Assembly (NCBI GenBank): GCA_036445815.1
Contig: JAZFRU010000208.1
Coordinates: 1 to 38,356, forward strand
Direction: 5' to 3'
Source of the DNA: Acidobacteriota bacterium
GTDB lineage: Bacteria; Acidobacteriota; UBA6911; RPQK01; JADFOI01
Length of the DNA stretch: 38,356 nucleotides
Under the pieces are notes generated by a model. The model was not told the origin of the DNA. It did not search any database and worked only from the letters and a program-made list of their open reading frames with translations. Of the stretch, positions 16,352 to 25,908 are shown in pieces (position 1 is the first letter of the stretch; the number at the start of each line of letters is the position of its first letter). The translations under genes were made by a program, and so were the position numbers.

Positions 16352-18631
16352 TCAGTAATTAGATGGGGGTGGAGGAATGTCTTCCACGCTCCAGGGGTCG
16401 TTGGATTCTTCTGCGCCTTCCTGGGTGGCTTGGCTTTCCATCCTGACCTGGGCTAGATTCAAATCCACTGGTGCGTAATGGCTTTCGAAGTCCTCGACCG
16501 GCATGTCCTGGGTGATTTCCTGCATGAAATCGATCCAGATTGGAAGAGCCAAAGTCCCCCCGTAGACCTTTTCTCCCAGTGACAGCTTCTGGTCATAACC
16601 GGCCCACACGCCGGCTGTGATCTGAGGTGCGAATCCCACGAACCAGCTGTCTGTCGAGTCATTAGTGGTGCCCGTTTTTCCTCCCAGGGGGCGTCCTAAC
16701 ACCCGTGCGCGACGCGCGGTTCCACGCTCCACCACGCTGCGCAGCATGTAAATCATTTTTTCGGCTGTGTCTGGAGAAAGGACGTGTTCATACTGGATCT
16801 GGTGATCGAACAGTACGGTGCCATTGTAATCTTCCACCCGCGTGATGAAGTGGGGTTCGGCTCTCAACCCGTGATTAGGAAAAACGGTGAAAGCCGAGGT
16901 GATCTCTTGAAGTGTGAGTTCTCCAGCCCCCAGTGCTATGGCGAGATAGGGGGGGAGGTCGTGCGGAATGCCGAATCGGTGTGCGACCTCAATGACTTTT
17001 TCGATGCCGATGGCATTGGCCAGTCGAACGGTGGGAACATTCCGGGAAAGTGCAAAGGCATCCCGGATTGTCATGATCCCCCGGAATGCTTGGTCAGAGT
17101 TCTCCGGTGCATAAATGCGTCCCAGGCCGTCCCGATAACTGACCGGGGCATCCAGCACGTGCTCTTCAGGAGAATAACCGGCTTCAAGGAGGCTGACGTA
17201 GGTAAAGGGCTTGAACAGCGAGCCTGGTTGTCGAAGGGCCTGGGTCGCTCGATTGAACTTGCTTCTTTGAAAGTCAAATCCGCCCACCATCGCCTTGATG
17301 GCTCCTGAGCGGTTGTCGATCGCCATCAGGGCGCCCTGCACCTCTGGAACGCGATCCAACGTGGCCTGAATCGTCCTCTCGGACCGATTAATCTCCCGTA
17401 GAGAAAACACGGCAACATTGCCCGGCTTGAGCACGGCATCGACCTTTTCTTCGCCCGTCCACTCGATATCCTCAGGTTTGATCCGGGCGGTGTAACTACC
17501 GAATTTAACCTGTGCCTGCTCAGGGGATGACTCGATCACCAGTCCAGGAACCATCTGACCTTCATAGAAAATTTGCTGCCACTCCGGATGAACATAGGTC
17601 TCAGGTGTCTCAACCTGCTGGACCACGATCAATTCCAGGGGATCTTCCCTTTTCACTGTTTTCTTGTCGAATTGTTTGAGGCCTTCCTGTAAAGCCCTGC
17701 GTGCCGCCACCTGCATCTCGTAGTTCAGGGTGGTGTATATCTTCAGCCCCCCTTCCCAGATCTGCTTGGTGGTGTAGTTGTTTCCCAGGTATTGCCGAAC
17801 CCACTCGGTGAAATAGGGAGCCGGGCTCTGATCATAGTTTTTCCCTTCGACCACTAGCTGTTCTTTACGGGCCTCCTCGAACTGGGCCGAATCGATCTGT
17901 TTTTCACTGAGCATGCGGCTCAGGATGAAGTTCCTTCGGGTGACGGCCTCGGCAGGATGGTTGATGGGGGAATGTCGGCCGGGAAGCTGGATGACTCCAG
18001 CCAGCAAGGCACTTTCGGAAAGCGTCAGTTCCTGAATCGTTTTGTGGAAATAAAAGTCTGCAGCTGAAGCCAGTCCGTAGGTGCCGTGGCCCATATAAAT
18101 CTGGTTGCAGTAGAAAGTGAAAATCTGCTCTTTGGTATAGTTCTCCTCGATCTCCAGGGCGAAGAGCATATCCTTGATTTTTCGCGTGATGGTTTTTTCT
18201 GAGCCCGTAAAGAGGAGTTTGCTCAGCTGCATCGTGAGGGTGGAGGCGCCCTTCCTTTCTCGATAGAGGATATCGCGAACCACGGTCACTGCAAGCCGTC
18301 GGAAGTCTATTCCAGAATGTCTGAAAAAATCGGCATCCTCGGCCGATAAAACAGCATTCTTGAGATATTGGGGAATCTGTTCGAAGGCGACCAGGGTTCT
18401 TTTTTCCAGGGCATACTGGCCCACCACCCGTCCATCGTCCGAGTAGACGTAAGAAACAATATTCGGACGCACGGCCTGCAGTTGCTCGACTTCCGGAAGA
18501 TCCAGGACATACCCGAAGAGCAACCCTCCCAGTAGGCCTCCCGTTGCGGTTACCAAAACCAGAAAACCATAGGTCGCCTGAAACAGGCGTTGTCGATTCT
18601 TCTTGAAAAATTGACGAACCCGTTTTTTCAT
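16352..18631 (-). CDS. mrcA: Penicillin-binding protein 1A (bifunctional glycosyltransferase/transpeptidase)
   Basis: 759 aa with an N-terminal membrane anchor. GT51 motifs are EDADFFRHSGID and GASTLTMQL. Transpeptidase motifs are SLFKP (SxxK), SRN and KTGTT. Confidence 0.9.
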   Translation of the reverse strand: MKKRVRQFFKKNRQRLFQATYGFLVLVTATGGLLGGLLFGYVLDLPEVEQLQAVRPNIVSYVYSDDGRVVGQYALEKRTLVAFEQIPQYLKNAVLSAEDADFFRHSGIDFRRLAVTVVRDILYRERKGASTLTMQLSKLLFTGSEKTITRKIKDMLFALEIEENYTKEQIFTFYCNQIYMGHGTYGLASAADFYFHKTIQELTLSESALLAGVIQLPGRHSPINHPAEAVTRRNFILSRMLSEKQIDSAQFEEARKEQLVVEGKNYDQSPAPYFTEWVRQYLGNNYTTKQIWEGGLKIYTTLNYEMQVAARRALQEGLKQFDKKTVKREDPLELIVVQQVETPETYVHPEWQQIFYEGQMVPGLVIESSPEQAQVKFGSYTARIKPEDIEWTGEEKVDAVLKPGNVAVFSLREINRSERTIQATLDRVPEVQGALMAIDNRSGAIKAMVGGFDFQRSKFNRATQALRQPGSLFKPFTYVSLLEAGYSPEEHVLDAPVSYRDGLGRIYAPENSDQAFRGIMTIRDAFALSRNVPTVRLANAIGIEKVIEVAHRFGIPHDLPPYLAIALGAGELTLQEITSAFTVFPNHGLRAEPHFITRVEDYNGTVLFDHQIQYEHVLSPDTAEKMIYMLRSVVERGTARRARVLGRPLGGKTGTTNDSTDSWFVGFAPQITAGVWAGYDQKLSLGEKVYGGTLALPIWIDFMQEITQDMPVEDFESHYAPVDLNLAQVRMESQATQEGAEESNDPWSVEDIPPPPSNY

Positions 18632-18861
18632 TGATTCCTATTCTACATCAAGCGGATGAATCGATTCAGGTGCCTACTTGACAGGAGCAGGACCCGGTAC
18701 TCCTTCCTATGGATAGGATAAGTGGGCTTCGGTTGCACCCGGAGGCCAGGGAGGAGCGTTTTTGGACAACTCCATCGGGTAGGCTATCATGTAGAAGTAG
18801 AGTTATATTCCCAGGTTAGCCTCGCAACCGTCTTTCAGCAATGTGAAAAAGGAGATCCGTT

Positions 18862-19512
18862 ATGTATAGATTACGAGTCGTTCCGGCCGCCCTGCTTTTG
18901 TTTGGATTGTGGGGGTGCAGCCAGGGCGTGGAGCAGAGTACCGCAGCGGAAGAAGAACACCCTGAGACTTCGACCGAGGCAGAGTCTTCACCGGCTCCTG
19001 CCGCGGTCCTGATCGTCTCCTCCGGCACTGAACTCAAGGTACGTCTGGCCCATTCCGTCAGTTCGGCAACCAATCAACCAGGTGATGCATTCGAAGCCAT
19101 CCTGGATCAGGATCTGCTGGTCGACGATCAAGTCGTTGCACCTGAGGGTAGTGCTCTCACAGGACGGTTGACCGATGTGGTTTCCTCCGGAAAGGTGAAG
19201 GGCCGCGCCAGGATGACCCTGGTTTTAGAGACCCTTCAGGTGGGTGACGCCTCCTACCCAATACAGGTCGCCCCCATTTCATTTGAGGCCGAGACAACGG
19301 TCAAGGAAGATGCGGTAAAGGTAGGAATCGGGGCGGGTATCGGTGCCGTTGTGGGAGCGATTGCCGGGGGTAAAAAGGGGGCCGCTGTGGGCACCGCTAT
19401 CGGCGGTGGAGGCGGTGCGGCAGCTGTCATGCTCACCAAGGGAGCTCAAGTCGAGTTTGAGGCGGAACAGGACTTTCAATTCCAATTGGTCCAGGATCTG
19501 GAGATCCAATAA
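18862..19512 (+). CDS. Lipoprotein with C-terminal glycine-zipper segment
   Basis: 216 aa with the lipobox LFGLWGC. An AAGGAG SD is present. The C-terminus is Gly-rich: GIGAGIGAVVGAIAGGKKGAAVGTAIGGGGGAAAV. Confidence 0.7.
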   Translation: MYRLRVVPAALLLFGLWGCSQGVEQSTAAEEEHPETSTEAESSPAPAAVLIVSSGTELKVRLAHSVSSATNQPGDAFEAILDQDLLVDDQVVAPEGSALTGRLTDVVSSGKVKGRARMTLVLETLQVGDASYPIQVAPISFEAETTVKEDAVKVGIGAGIGAVVGAIAGGKKGAAVGTAIGGGGGAAAVMLTKGAQVEFEAEQDFQFQLVQDLEIQ

Positions 19513-19562
19513 CCTGGGGGTAAGATGGCCCCTCCCTCTTGTTTTCAGGCCGGTAGGGTACA

Positions 19563-19862
19563 ATGGTTGTTATGAAGAAGTTTATAGTCTTCGCGATAGT
19601 TCTGGTTGGTGTTAGTGGGGTATACCTGTGGGCCCAACAGTGGCAACAGGTGGGTGTTTTGAAGAATGATGCGGGAAGAGAAGAATCCGTTCTGATGGTG
19701 GAGTGGGCGTCTCCGGGTTCTGTGGGAAGGGCCATCATGGTCGAGGATCGTGACGGGGGAGCCCAGGCCACGAGCATCGTCCGGCACATCCATGACACTC
19801 ATGTTGTTCTGAAGAAAACGCTGGGACGCACTTTTCCTGCCGGCTCCCGAGTCTATCAGTAG
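19563..19862 (+). CDS. Hypothetical small membrane-anchored protein
   Basis: 99 aa with an N-terminal hydrophobic helix KKFIVFAIVLVGVSGVYLWA. I recognised no family. The SD is weak. Confidence 0.45.
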   Translation: MVVMKKFIVFAIVLVGVSGVYLWAQQWQQVGVLKNDAGREESVLMVEWASPGSVGRAIMVEDRDGGAQATSIVRHIHDTHVVLKKTLGRTFPAGSRVYQ

Positions 19863-19870
19863 TCCCCTCC

Positions 19871-19903
19871 GAGAGCGGATTCGTTCCAGGGTTCACGTTT
19901 CTC
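19871..19903. repeat. Partial solo copy of the repeat family (D-half plus reverse heptads)
   Basis: GAGAGCGG is followed by GTTCCAG/GGTTCAC/GTTTCTC at 19883-19903. The copy starts 9 nt after the stop of the 99-aa ORF. Confidence 0.35.
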
Positions 19904-20085
19904 CATCGACTTGGTCTTGTGGTGGTACCCGGTGGGCAGCTTACGCCCCAGAGACGCCGAGGCACCGAGAGGACTGGACTCCTGTCTTCTGGCGATCTTC
20001 TTTCTGATAGAATTCACCTCAAATCTCATCCGCCGTGTTCTGTGAGGAGTGAATCCCGTGAGAAGTGAAAGGAGACCGCTCTGAT

Positions 20086-21510
20086 ATGGCTAAACAAAAT
20101 CTCTTGAGAGTGTTGTGGTTGGTCTGTGCCACGGTTGTTCTCAATGCTCAAATACCGACACAGGAAACGCTGCAGTACCCTGCGCCAATCTATCCTGAAC
20201 TGCGAGATGTCAACAGTCCGGAGGATCTGCTGGACATTGCACGAGTCATCGTGAACAGACCCTCAAGAGAAGGGTCCGGCTTTGCTGTGGGGTGGGGTAT
20301 CCAACCGGGGCAACGGGTTCTGCTGGCCCCGGATAGCTCGTTTGATCGGCGCGTGATAACCGCCCTGGAGATGGCGATAAGAGAAGCAGGGGCGAAAGTG
20401 GATGTCATCTTTCTGGACTATCACAGCTTTTTTCCGGCGATGAAACCCGCCGAAGCCGTCAAAGAGTTGGAGTATTTCCTTTTTCTCAACCGGAATGCAT
20501 TCCGTTCCAAGCTATTTGTCAGAGATTTGGTCCAGTCCGTGGCTGAGTACCACGTCGTGATCCATGGAACCGGTGGCGGCAATCCAGAGCATGCGGGGTT
20601 TAGATGGGAGAAAATTCCATGGCAGACACTCGACGAGTTCATCTCAGGGACGGCCGAGTATCCTGCTGAAATCGTGGAGGCCATCGATCGGAAGACCTGG
20701 GACACTCTATTGAAGGCAAAAAAGGTGAGGATTACCGATCCGGAGGGAACCGACATCACCTGGACGGTGAGAATAGAAGACCGCGGCCCTAATCCCGGGC
20801 AGATCCGTGGTAGGGGGCATATCGGGGCCTATCCACCTTTTTCAACCAAAGATATACTGGATGCAGAAGGCGTGATCGCCGGATCATCGAACCATACCGG
20901 ATTCTTCCCACGGATCAAAGTTCACATCAAGGGCAATAATGTGACTCATATTGAAGCCGGGGGCAGCTACGGGGAAAACTGGAAAGCCGTGTTGGAGAAG
21001 TACAAGGATGTTGTGTGGCCTGGCGCACCTGGGCCGGGAATGGGATGGCTGCATGAAGTGGCCATCGGAACCAATCCCAAGTCTTCTCGCCCGGCGAATA
21101 TCATGATCCAGCCGAGTCGAATCGCGAGCTGGGAGAGATCAAGGAGTGGCGTTATCCATTGGGGAATTGGCACCCAGGGAGACAGGAGTTGGGCAGAGAA
21201 AAACAACATGCCGGACGGCCATTTCCACGTGCACAGCTATTTCAACACCTTTGAATTGGAGACCGAGGATGGCCAGTTCATCAAGCTCATCGATAAAGGC
21301 CACCTTACTGCCCTGGACGACCCGGAAATAAGAAAAATCGCTGCCAAATATGGGGATCCCGATGAGGTGCTCAAGGAGGCATGGATACCTGCCATACCCG
21401 GGATCAATGTCGAGGGGGACTATCAAAGAGATTTTGTGACCGATCCCGGTAGCTGGATCCAAAGGGAACATGAAAAGGCTTATGGAGAGTGGCTGAAGAA
21501 GCACTATTAG
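20086..21510 (+). CDS. Secreted hypothetical protein, possible aminopeptidase T (M29)/NicX-like fold
   Basis: About 474 aa from ATG 20086; GTG 20065 is an alternative start. It has the signal-like N-terminus MAKQNLLRVLWLVCATVVLNAQ. Segments VRITDPEGTDITWTV, HEVAIGTNP, IHWGIG and GHFHVH resemble M29/NicX family blocks, judged by eye only. Confidence 0.6.
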   Translation: MAKQNLLRVLWLVCATVVLNAQIPTQETLQYPAPIYPELRDVNSPEDLLDIARVIVNRPSREGSGFAVGWGIQPGQRVLLAPDSSFDRRVITALEMAIREAGAKVDVIFLDYHSFFPAMKPAEAVKELEYFLFLNRNAFRSKLFVRDLVQSVAEYHVVIHGTGGGNPEHAGFRWEKIPWQTLDEFISGTAEYPAEIVEAIDRKTWDTLLKAKKVRITDPEGTDITWTVRIEDRGPNPGQIRGRGHIGAYPPFSTKDILDAEGVIAGSSNHTGFFPRIKVHIKGNNVTHIEAGGSYGENWKAVLEKYKDVVWPGAPGPGMGWLHEVAIGTNPKSSRPANIMIQPSRIASWERSRSGVIHWGIGTQGDRSWAEKNNMPDGHFHVHSYFNTFELETEDGQFIKLIDKGHLTALDDPEIRKIAAKYGDPDEVLKEAWIPAIPGINVEGDYQRDFVTDPGSWIQREHEKAYGEWLKKHY

Positions 21511-21612
21511 CCGCCCGCTGGTCTTCGACCCGCGTGTTTCATGTTGGTCCGGAACGTGGGAGGGCCTCAGCGCGCCAATTCAGGATGGGGGCAGGGCAGT
21601 GCACCTCTACAC
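21511..21612. repeat. Degenerate composite repeat, locus 4 (C-h'-B-A)
   Basis: CGCTGGTCTTCGACCCGCG is at 21516-21534, with one stem mismatch. TGTTTCATG follows. A degenerate B, TGGGAGGGCCTCAGCGCGCCAATTCAGGA, is at 21557-21585. A degenerate A, ending CTACAC, runs to about 21612. The locus starts 1 nt after the upstream stop. Confidence 0.6.
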
Positions 21613-21715
21613 TTTCTTCTCCAGGCGGAACCGGTTTCTCGGGCTAGGTGCGTTCCATTGCTCTCACTTTCCAGGAATCATATGATTGAGGAGCAGCATT
21701 CCTTGGTGGGGACCT

Positions 21716-23140
21716 ATGAAAGTTCTTGTCACCGGCGCGACCGGGTATATTGGCGGCAGACTCATCCCCAACCTGCTCGAAGCTGGCCATCAGATCCGGA
21801 TCATCGTTCGAGATCCGAAAAGGGTGATTGGGCGGCCCTGGGAAAAGTCGGTTGAAGTCACTCGGGGTGACCTGACGGATTTGAATTCCCTCAGACCGGC
21901 TCTTGATGGGATCGATTGCGCCTACTATCTCGTCCATTCCATGTATGCCGGGGTTGATTTCGTCAACCAGGATCGGCTTGCCGTCAAGAATTTCATTCAG
22001 GCGGGAAAGCATCTGAAACATGTGATTTACCTGGGCGGCCTGTTGCCTGAGGCCACAACCATGTCGCGACATCTGCAAAGCCGGGCCGAGGTTGGCGAGA
22101 CTCTGCGTGAAAGTTTGCCGACCACTGAAATTCGAGCCGGCCCCATAATCGGCTCCGGTTCCGCTTCGTTCGAATTGGTACGTTATGTAACTCAGCGTTT
22201 CCCGCTCATTGTTGCTCCGTACTGGATAAGAAATGAAGTCCAGCCCATTGCAATCCGCGATATTCTTCAATATCTGTGTTTGGCCCTTTTAAGAGACCCC
22301 TTGGGTATTGTTGACGTGGGTTCGGGACGACTGACGTTTCGACAAATGATGGAGGAATATGCCCTAGAGCAGGGCCTGGTAAAACGTTGGATTCTCTGTG
22401 TTCCCCCCTTTCTCCCACCCAGGTATGTGGTCTATTGGTTCGGCCTGTTGACACCGGTGACACGAGCCCTGGCCCTACCTATTATCGAAAGCATCACTCA
22501 TCCGGTGATTGCGGATTGCTCAAAGGCGCGAACCGTCTTTCCGGAAGTACAGCCCATCTCGTATCGGCAAGCAGTTCAACTGGCGCTGGAGCGTATCGAC
22601 CGGAATGAGGTGCAGACTATCTGGAGCGGGGCCATCGGTCATTTACCCACCTACGAGCTGATCGATAGCGAAGGGTTGATCCGGGAAATTCGAACCCTTT
22701 ACTCGGATTGTTCGCCGGAAGCGGTGTTCCGGAGTTTTTCGAGTATTGGCGGAGATCGAGGATGGTTGGTATGGGAATGGGTGTGGGAGATTCGGGGACT
22801 GATAGACAAGGTTGTGGGCGGCCCTGGGCTACGGCGTGGTCGGCGACATCCGACAGAAATCTTATCGGGCGAGGCTCTGGATTTCTGGCGTGTTGAAGCC
22901 ATTGTCCCCCCTCGCATGCTTCTCCTGAGGGCTGAAATGAAACTGCCGGGCCGAGCCTGGTTCCAATGGGAAGCGATCCCTGAGGGCAAGGGAACCCGAT
23001 TGATTCAGACAGCGATGTACGATCCCAAAGGTTTTTTAGGAACAATCTATTGGTACAGTTTATATCCTATCCACAGGCTCATCTTCAGTGATCTGATCGA
23101 GGCAATTTCCCTTGATGCATCCAAATATGAAAATGACTAG
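21716..23140 (+). CDS. NAD(P)-binding SDR-family protein with C-terminal DUF2867-like extension
   Basis: The Rossmann N-terminus is MKVLVTGATGYIGGRL. There is an atypical-SDR body plus a C-terminal domain of about 170 aa (WRVEA...RAEMKLPGRAWFQWE), typical of SDR-DUF2867 fusions. The start is set at ATG 21716 rather than TTG 21686. Confidence 0.75.
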   Translation: MKVLVTGATGYIGGRLIPNLLEAGHQIRIIVRDPKRVIGRPWEKSVEVTRGDLTDLNSLRPALDGIDCAYYLVHSMYAGVDFVNQDRLAVKNFIQAGKHLKHVIYLGGLLPEATTMSRHLQSRAEVGETLRESLPTTEIRAGPIIGSGSASFELVRYVTQRFPLIVAPYWIRNEVQPIAIRDILQYLCLALLRDPLGIVDVGSGRLTFRQMMEEYALEQGLVKRWILCVPPFLPPRYVVYWFGLLTPVTRALALPIIESITHPVIADCSKARTVFPEVQPISYRQAVQLALERIDRNEVQTIWSGAIGHLPTYELIDSEGLIREIRTLYSDCSPEAVFRSFSSIGGDRGWLVWEWVWEIRGLIDKVVGGPGLRRGRRHPTEILSGEALDFWRVEAIVPPRMLLLRAEMKLPGRAWFQWEAIPEGKGTRLIQTAMYDPKGFLGTIYWYSLYPIHRLIFSDLIEAISLDASKYEND

Positions 23141-23222
23141 CAGCCCCTCAAAACAAGTTGTTTTTGCCTTCTCTGCTCAGACCGCTTATCATTTATCCTG
23201 GATTCACAGGGGGGGATCACCG

Positions 23223-24146
23223 ATGAGTCGACGGATCTTGATTCTGATGACGCTACTGACCTCGATGGGTGTATTCGAAGGAACTGCCGGAGCTGCGAGT
23301 TGGTCGGGGACCGTGAAGACCTTGACCTTCAAGACGGTTGATGGTCAGCCATTGGAGTTGGATGTCTATTACCCTTCAACGAAGATCGAGGAGCCGTCCC
23401 CCGCTCACATTTTCATCCACGGGGGAGGATGGACGGCCAACAGCAAGGAGATCGTTCTCAATACACCTGAGGGCTATGTCGTGGATTATCTGGCCGTTTT
23501 TGAGCGGCTTGCCCAGCAGGGCTATGTGGGCGTTTCCATCGACTACCGATTGGCAGGCGACTCAGTCAAGGTGCCGCAGCTTGTCGAGGACGTCAACGAT
23601 GCCGTTCGATTCCTTCACAAAGACGGCCTTGATCATGGGATTGACCCCAACCGGATGGCGGTCTGGGGAAGCTCTGCAGGCGGTCATCTGGCCTTGATGG
23701 TGGGTCTTCCACCCAGCGAAGCCTTCCCGGGTGAGGCTGGACTTGCCGCCTATCCGTCGACGGTGCGTTGCGTGGTCTCCTGGTACGGTATTGGCGACTT
23801 TACGCTTCCCTCGGCCCGGGGACCGGATGGCGGTGCCAATTTTGAGGAAATCTTCGGGGAAAGCTACCATGAAGCTCCTGATCTGTACCGTCGGATGAGT
23901 CCTATTTCCCACCTGGTGCCAGGGGCCGTTCCCATGCTCCTGATGACAGGCGACCAGGATACGACGGTTCTTTTTGACCAGTCTCAGACTCTGCATCTCC
24001 GTGCTCAGACCCTGGGTCTGAACTCCACCTATCTACTGGTCAAGAACTCGGGACACGGTTGGCGTCCTGTCACAGGCCCCATCGTTCCCGACCAGGAAGA
24101 GATTCACAGACTCACGGCGGAGTTCATCAGGAACCATACCCAGTAA
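23223..24146 (+). CDS. Secreted alpha/beta-hydrolase (esterase/lipase-like)
   Basis: The signal peptide is MSRRILILMTLLTSMGVFEGTAGAAS, with an AGGGGG SD. It has the oxyanion motif HGGGW, the nucleophile elbow GSSAGG, and Asp (GDQDT) and His (SGHGW) triad candidates. The start is set at ATG 23223. Confidence 0.8.
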   Translation: MSRRILILMTLLTSMGVFEGTAGAASWSGTVKTLTFKTVDGQPLELDVYYPSTKIEEPSPAHIFIHGGGWTANSKEIVLNTPEGYVVDYLAVFERLAQQGYVGVSIDYRLAGDSVKVPQLVEDVNDAVRFLHKDGLDHGIDPNRMAVWGSSAGGHLALMVGLPPSEAFPGEAGLAAYPSTVRCVVSWYGIGDFTLPSARGPDGGANFEEIFGESYHEAPDLYRRMSPISHLVPGAVPMLLMTGDQDTTVLFDQSQTLHLRAQTLGLNSTYLLVKNSGHGWRPVTGPIVPDQEEIHRLTAEFIRNHTQ

Positions 24147-24217
24147 AGAGACTTGTATGATGCCTGAATTCGCCGCTTCAGTACCGGATTTACACCTGTT
24201 GAGCAACCAGCAAACGG

Positions 24218-25867
24218 GTGCCCTTCATCGCATGCCTTGTCAGGTCGGCGCTTTCGTCACTTCGTCCAGGTCCAGGCGATATCACTTCGCTCAGGTCAAG
24301 GCCCGCGGCGTCGTGCCGAGAACCCCTGCACAGTCCGGGCTGGAAAGGACCATCAAAATTGCCTGACAGCAGATACGATCTGGCCATCGTGGGTGCCGGT
24401 TTTTCAGGTCCGATTTTGGCGGCAAAAATTGCTGAGGGAGGAGTCAAGCCCGGGAGCGGAGACAAGCTGGAGATCGCCTTGATTGATGCCGGTCCGTATT
24501 ACAAGGGATCTGCACGACCCGGCTATGGGACAGCCCTTCGGCGGCAGATGTTCACCAATCTGCAGGGCCCCCATCAGGGCGTCCATCTCTGGGACAACGA
24601 TGTCAGCCGGGCCAAGATTGTGGGGGGAAGCTCCCTTCACTGGGCAGGTCACGCCTATCTTCCTTCACCGGCCGATTACCAGCACTGGCAAAAAGAGACA
24701 GGGGGTGATTGGACCCAGAACAGCCTTCGTTCCGCCGTCGATGAGATTCGCCGTGAGTTCAACATTCATGTCTATTCGGAAGCGATCGACACACCTGGAA
24801 ATAAGCTGTTTTCTGATGTCGCCACCCGGCTGGGGTACAGTCCTGAAAGAACCGAAGTGGCCCGACGCAACTGCGTCTACTGCGATTTTTGCGCACCTCC
24901 CATGATGTGCAAATACGATTCGAGGGCCAGTACCCTCTGGTCCTACATTCCACGGGCTGAAAAAGCGGGTGTCGAGATTTTGGCCGAGACCTATGTGGAG
25001 AAGATCCTGATTGATGAAAGGGGAGGACGGGGCATCGCACGGGGATTGTTGTGCCGGAGCAATGGTTCTGACCATGAGATCACGGCCGATCGGATTCTGG
25101 TCTGCTGTGGCTATATGAATACTCCCCTGCTGCTCATGCGGTCAGGTTATGGTCCCCCCGAATGGGCGCTCAATCCGATTGTGGTGGAGAATCTCAATGT
25201 CGGCAAACACATTGACGGTCATCCTTTCAGTCCCTCGGTGAGCGCCCTCTTTGATCACCCGCTCGGCGACGGAGAGTTTGGAAGTCTGATGGGATACCGA
25301 ATGGTGGACGATTTCCGCGAGGATGCTGAAGGACGGCTGCTTTTGACCGGCGATTTTGGAGTCGCAGGTTTTCCCAACCGGGATGCTTTGCATCCCATGG
25401 CCCCCGACTATGGCCGGGAGCACAAGAAATTCATGAAAAATCATGACATTCTTCGCACCGGCTCCATCCGGTTGAGAGTTGTGAAGCCCTCGGGACGCTG
25501 GTTTATAGGCCCGGAAGGGGAGATGCTTTACGGGGGAGATCATACCCTGACCTTGCAAAGAATGCGGGAAGGAATCGAAATGGCTCGGGAGATTCTGAGT
25601 GAGATGGGAGCGCAGAGGATCACTTCGCCGACGGTTGGGGAATTCGCCCCCCAAACACGGGGAGAGCACAAGGTCGGTTCCTGTCGTGCCGGAGTGGATC
25701 CGCAAACGTCTGTTGTCAATCCTCATTTTGAGTCCCATGATGTTGAGAATCTGTTGATTTGTGACGGCAGCGTGATCCCTCGAGCAAGCTCTGGACCATC
25801 GGGCACTCCCCAGGCAGCGATTTCAGTTCTGGCCGCAGCCCGCATCATCGAGCGGCATTTCAGATGA
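24218..25867 (+). CDS. GMC-family FAD-dependent oxidoreductase
   Basis: The FAD fold is YDLAIVGAGFSGPILAAKIAEGG. The C-terminal GMC block is HKVGSCRAG...NLLICDGSVIP. No ATG start is available. The candidates are GTG 24218 or TTG 24359, the latter with GGAAAGGA upstream and giving a canonical N-terminus. Confidence 0.8.
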   Translation: MPFIACLVRSALSSLRPGPGDITSLRSRPAASCREPLHSPGWKGPSKLPDSRYDLAIVGAGFSGPILAAKIAEGGVKPGSGDKLEIALIDAGPYYKGSARPGYGTALRRQMFTNLQGPHQGVHLWDNDVSRAKIVGGSSLHWAGHAYLPSPADYQHWQKETGGDWTQNSLRSAVDEIRREFNIHVYSEAIDTPGNKLFSDVATRLGYSPERTEVARRNCVYCDFCAPPMMCKYDSRASTLWSYIPRAEKAGVEILAETYVEKILIDERGGRGIARGLLCRSNGSDHEITADRILVCCGYMNTPLLLMRSGYGPPEWALNPIVVENLNVGKHIDGHPFSPSVSALFDHPLGDGEFGSLMGYRMVDDFREDAEGRLLLTGDFGVAGFPNRDALHPMAPDYGREHKKFMKNHDILRTGSIRLRVVKPSGRWFIGPEGEMLYGGDHTLTLQRMREGIEMAREILSEMGAQRITSPTVGEFAPQTRGEHKVGSCRAGVDPQTSVVNPHFESHDVENLLICDGSVIPRASSGPSGTPQAAISVLAAARIIERHFR

Positions 25868-25908
25868 GTCAAAGAGGGTTAATCCTTTATGGAAACAGGG
25901 TTTAAGGA

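Noticed and set aside
18678-18683. Consensus TTGACA hexamer upstream of the lipoprotein gene
   Set aside because: There is no acceptable -10 hexamer at 16-19 nt spacing (the spacer is followed by tccttc). It lies 180 nt from the start codon, so I did not call it a promoter.
24147-24366. The 69-aa ORF at 24157-24366 as a possible small Tat-signal subunit for the GMC enzyme, or UGA recoding at 24200-24202 extending the GMC ORF
   Set aside because: The small ORF overlaps the GMC frame and has no hydrophobic h-region after its Arg residues, so it does not look like a signal peptide. The frame upstream of TGA 24200 is closed again by TGA 24158-24160, leaving only 13 codons, so there is no selenoprotein-like extension.
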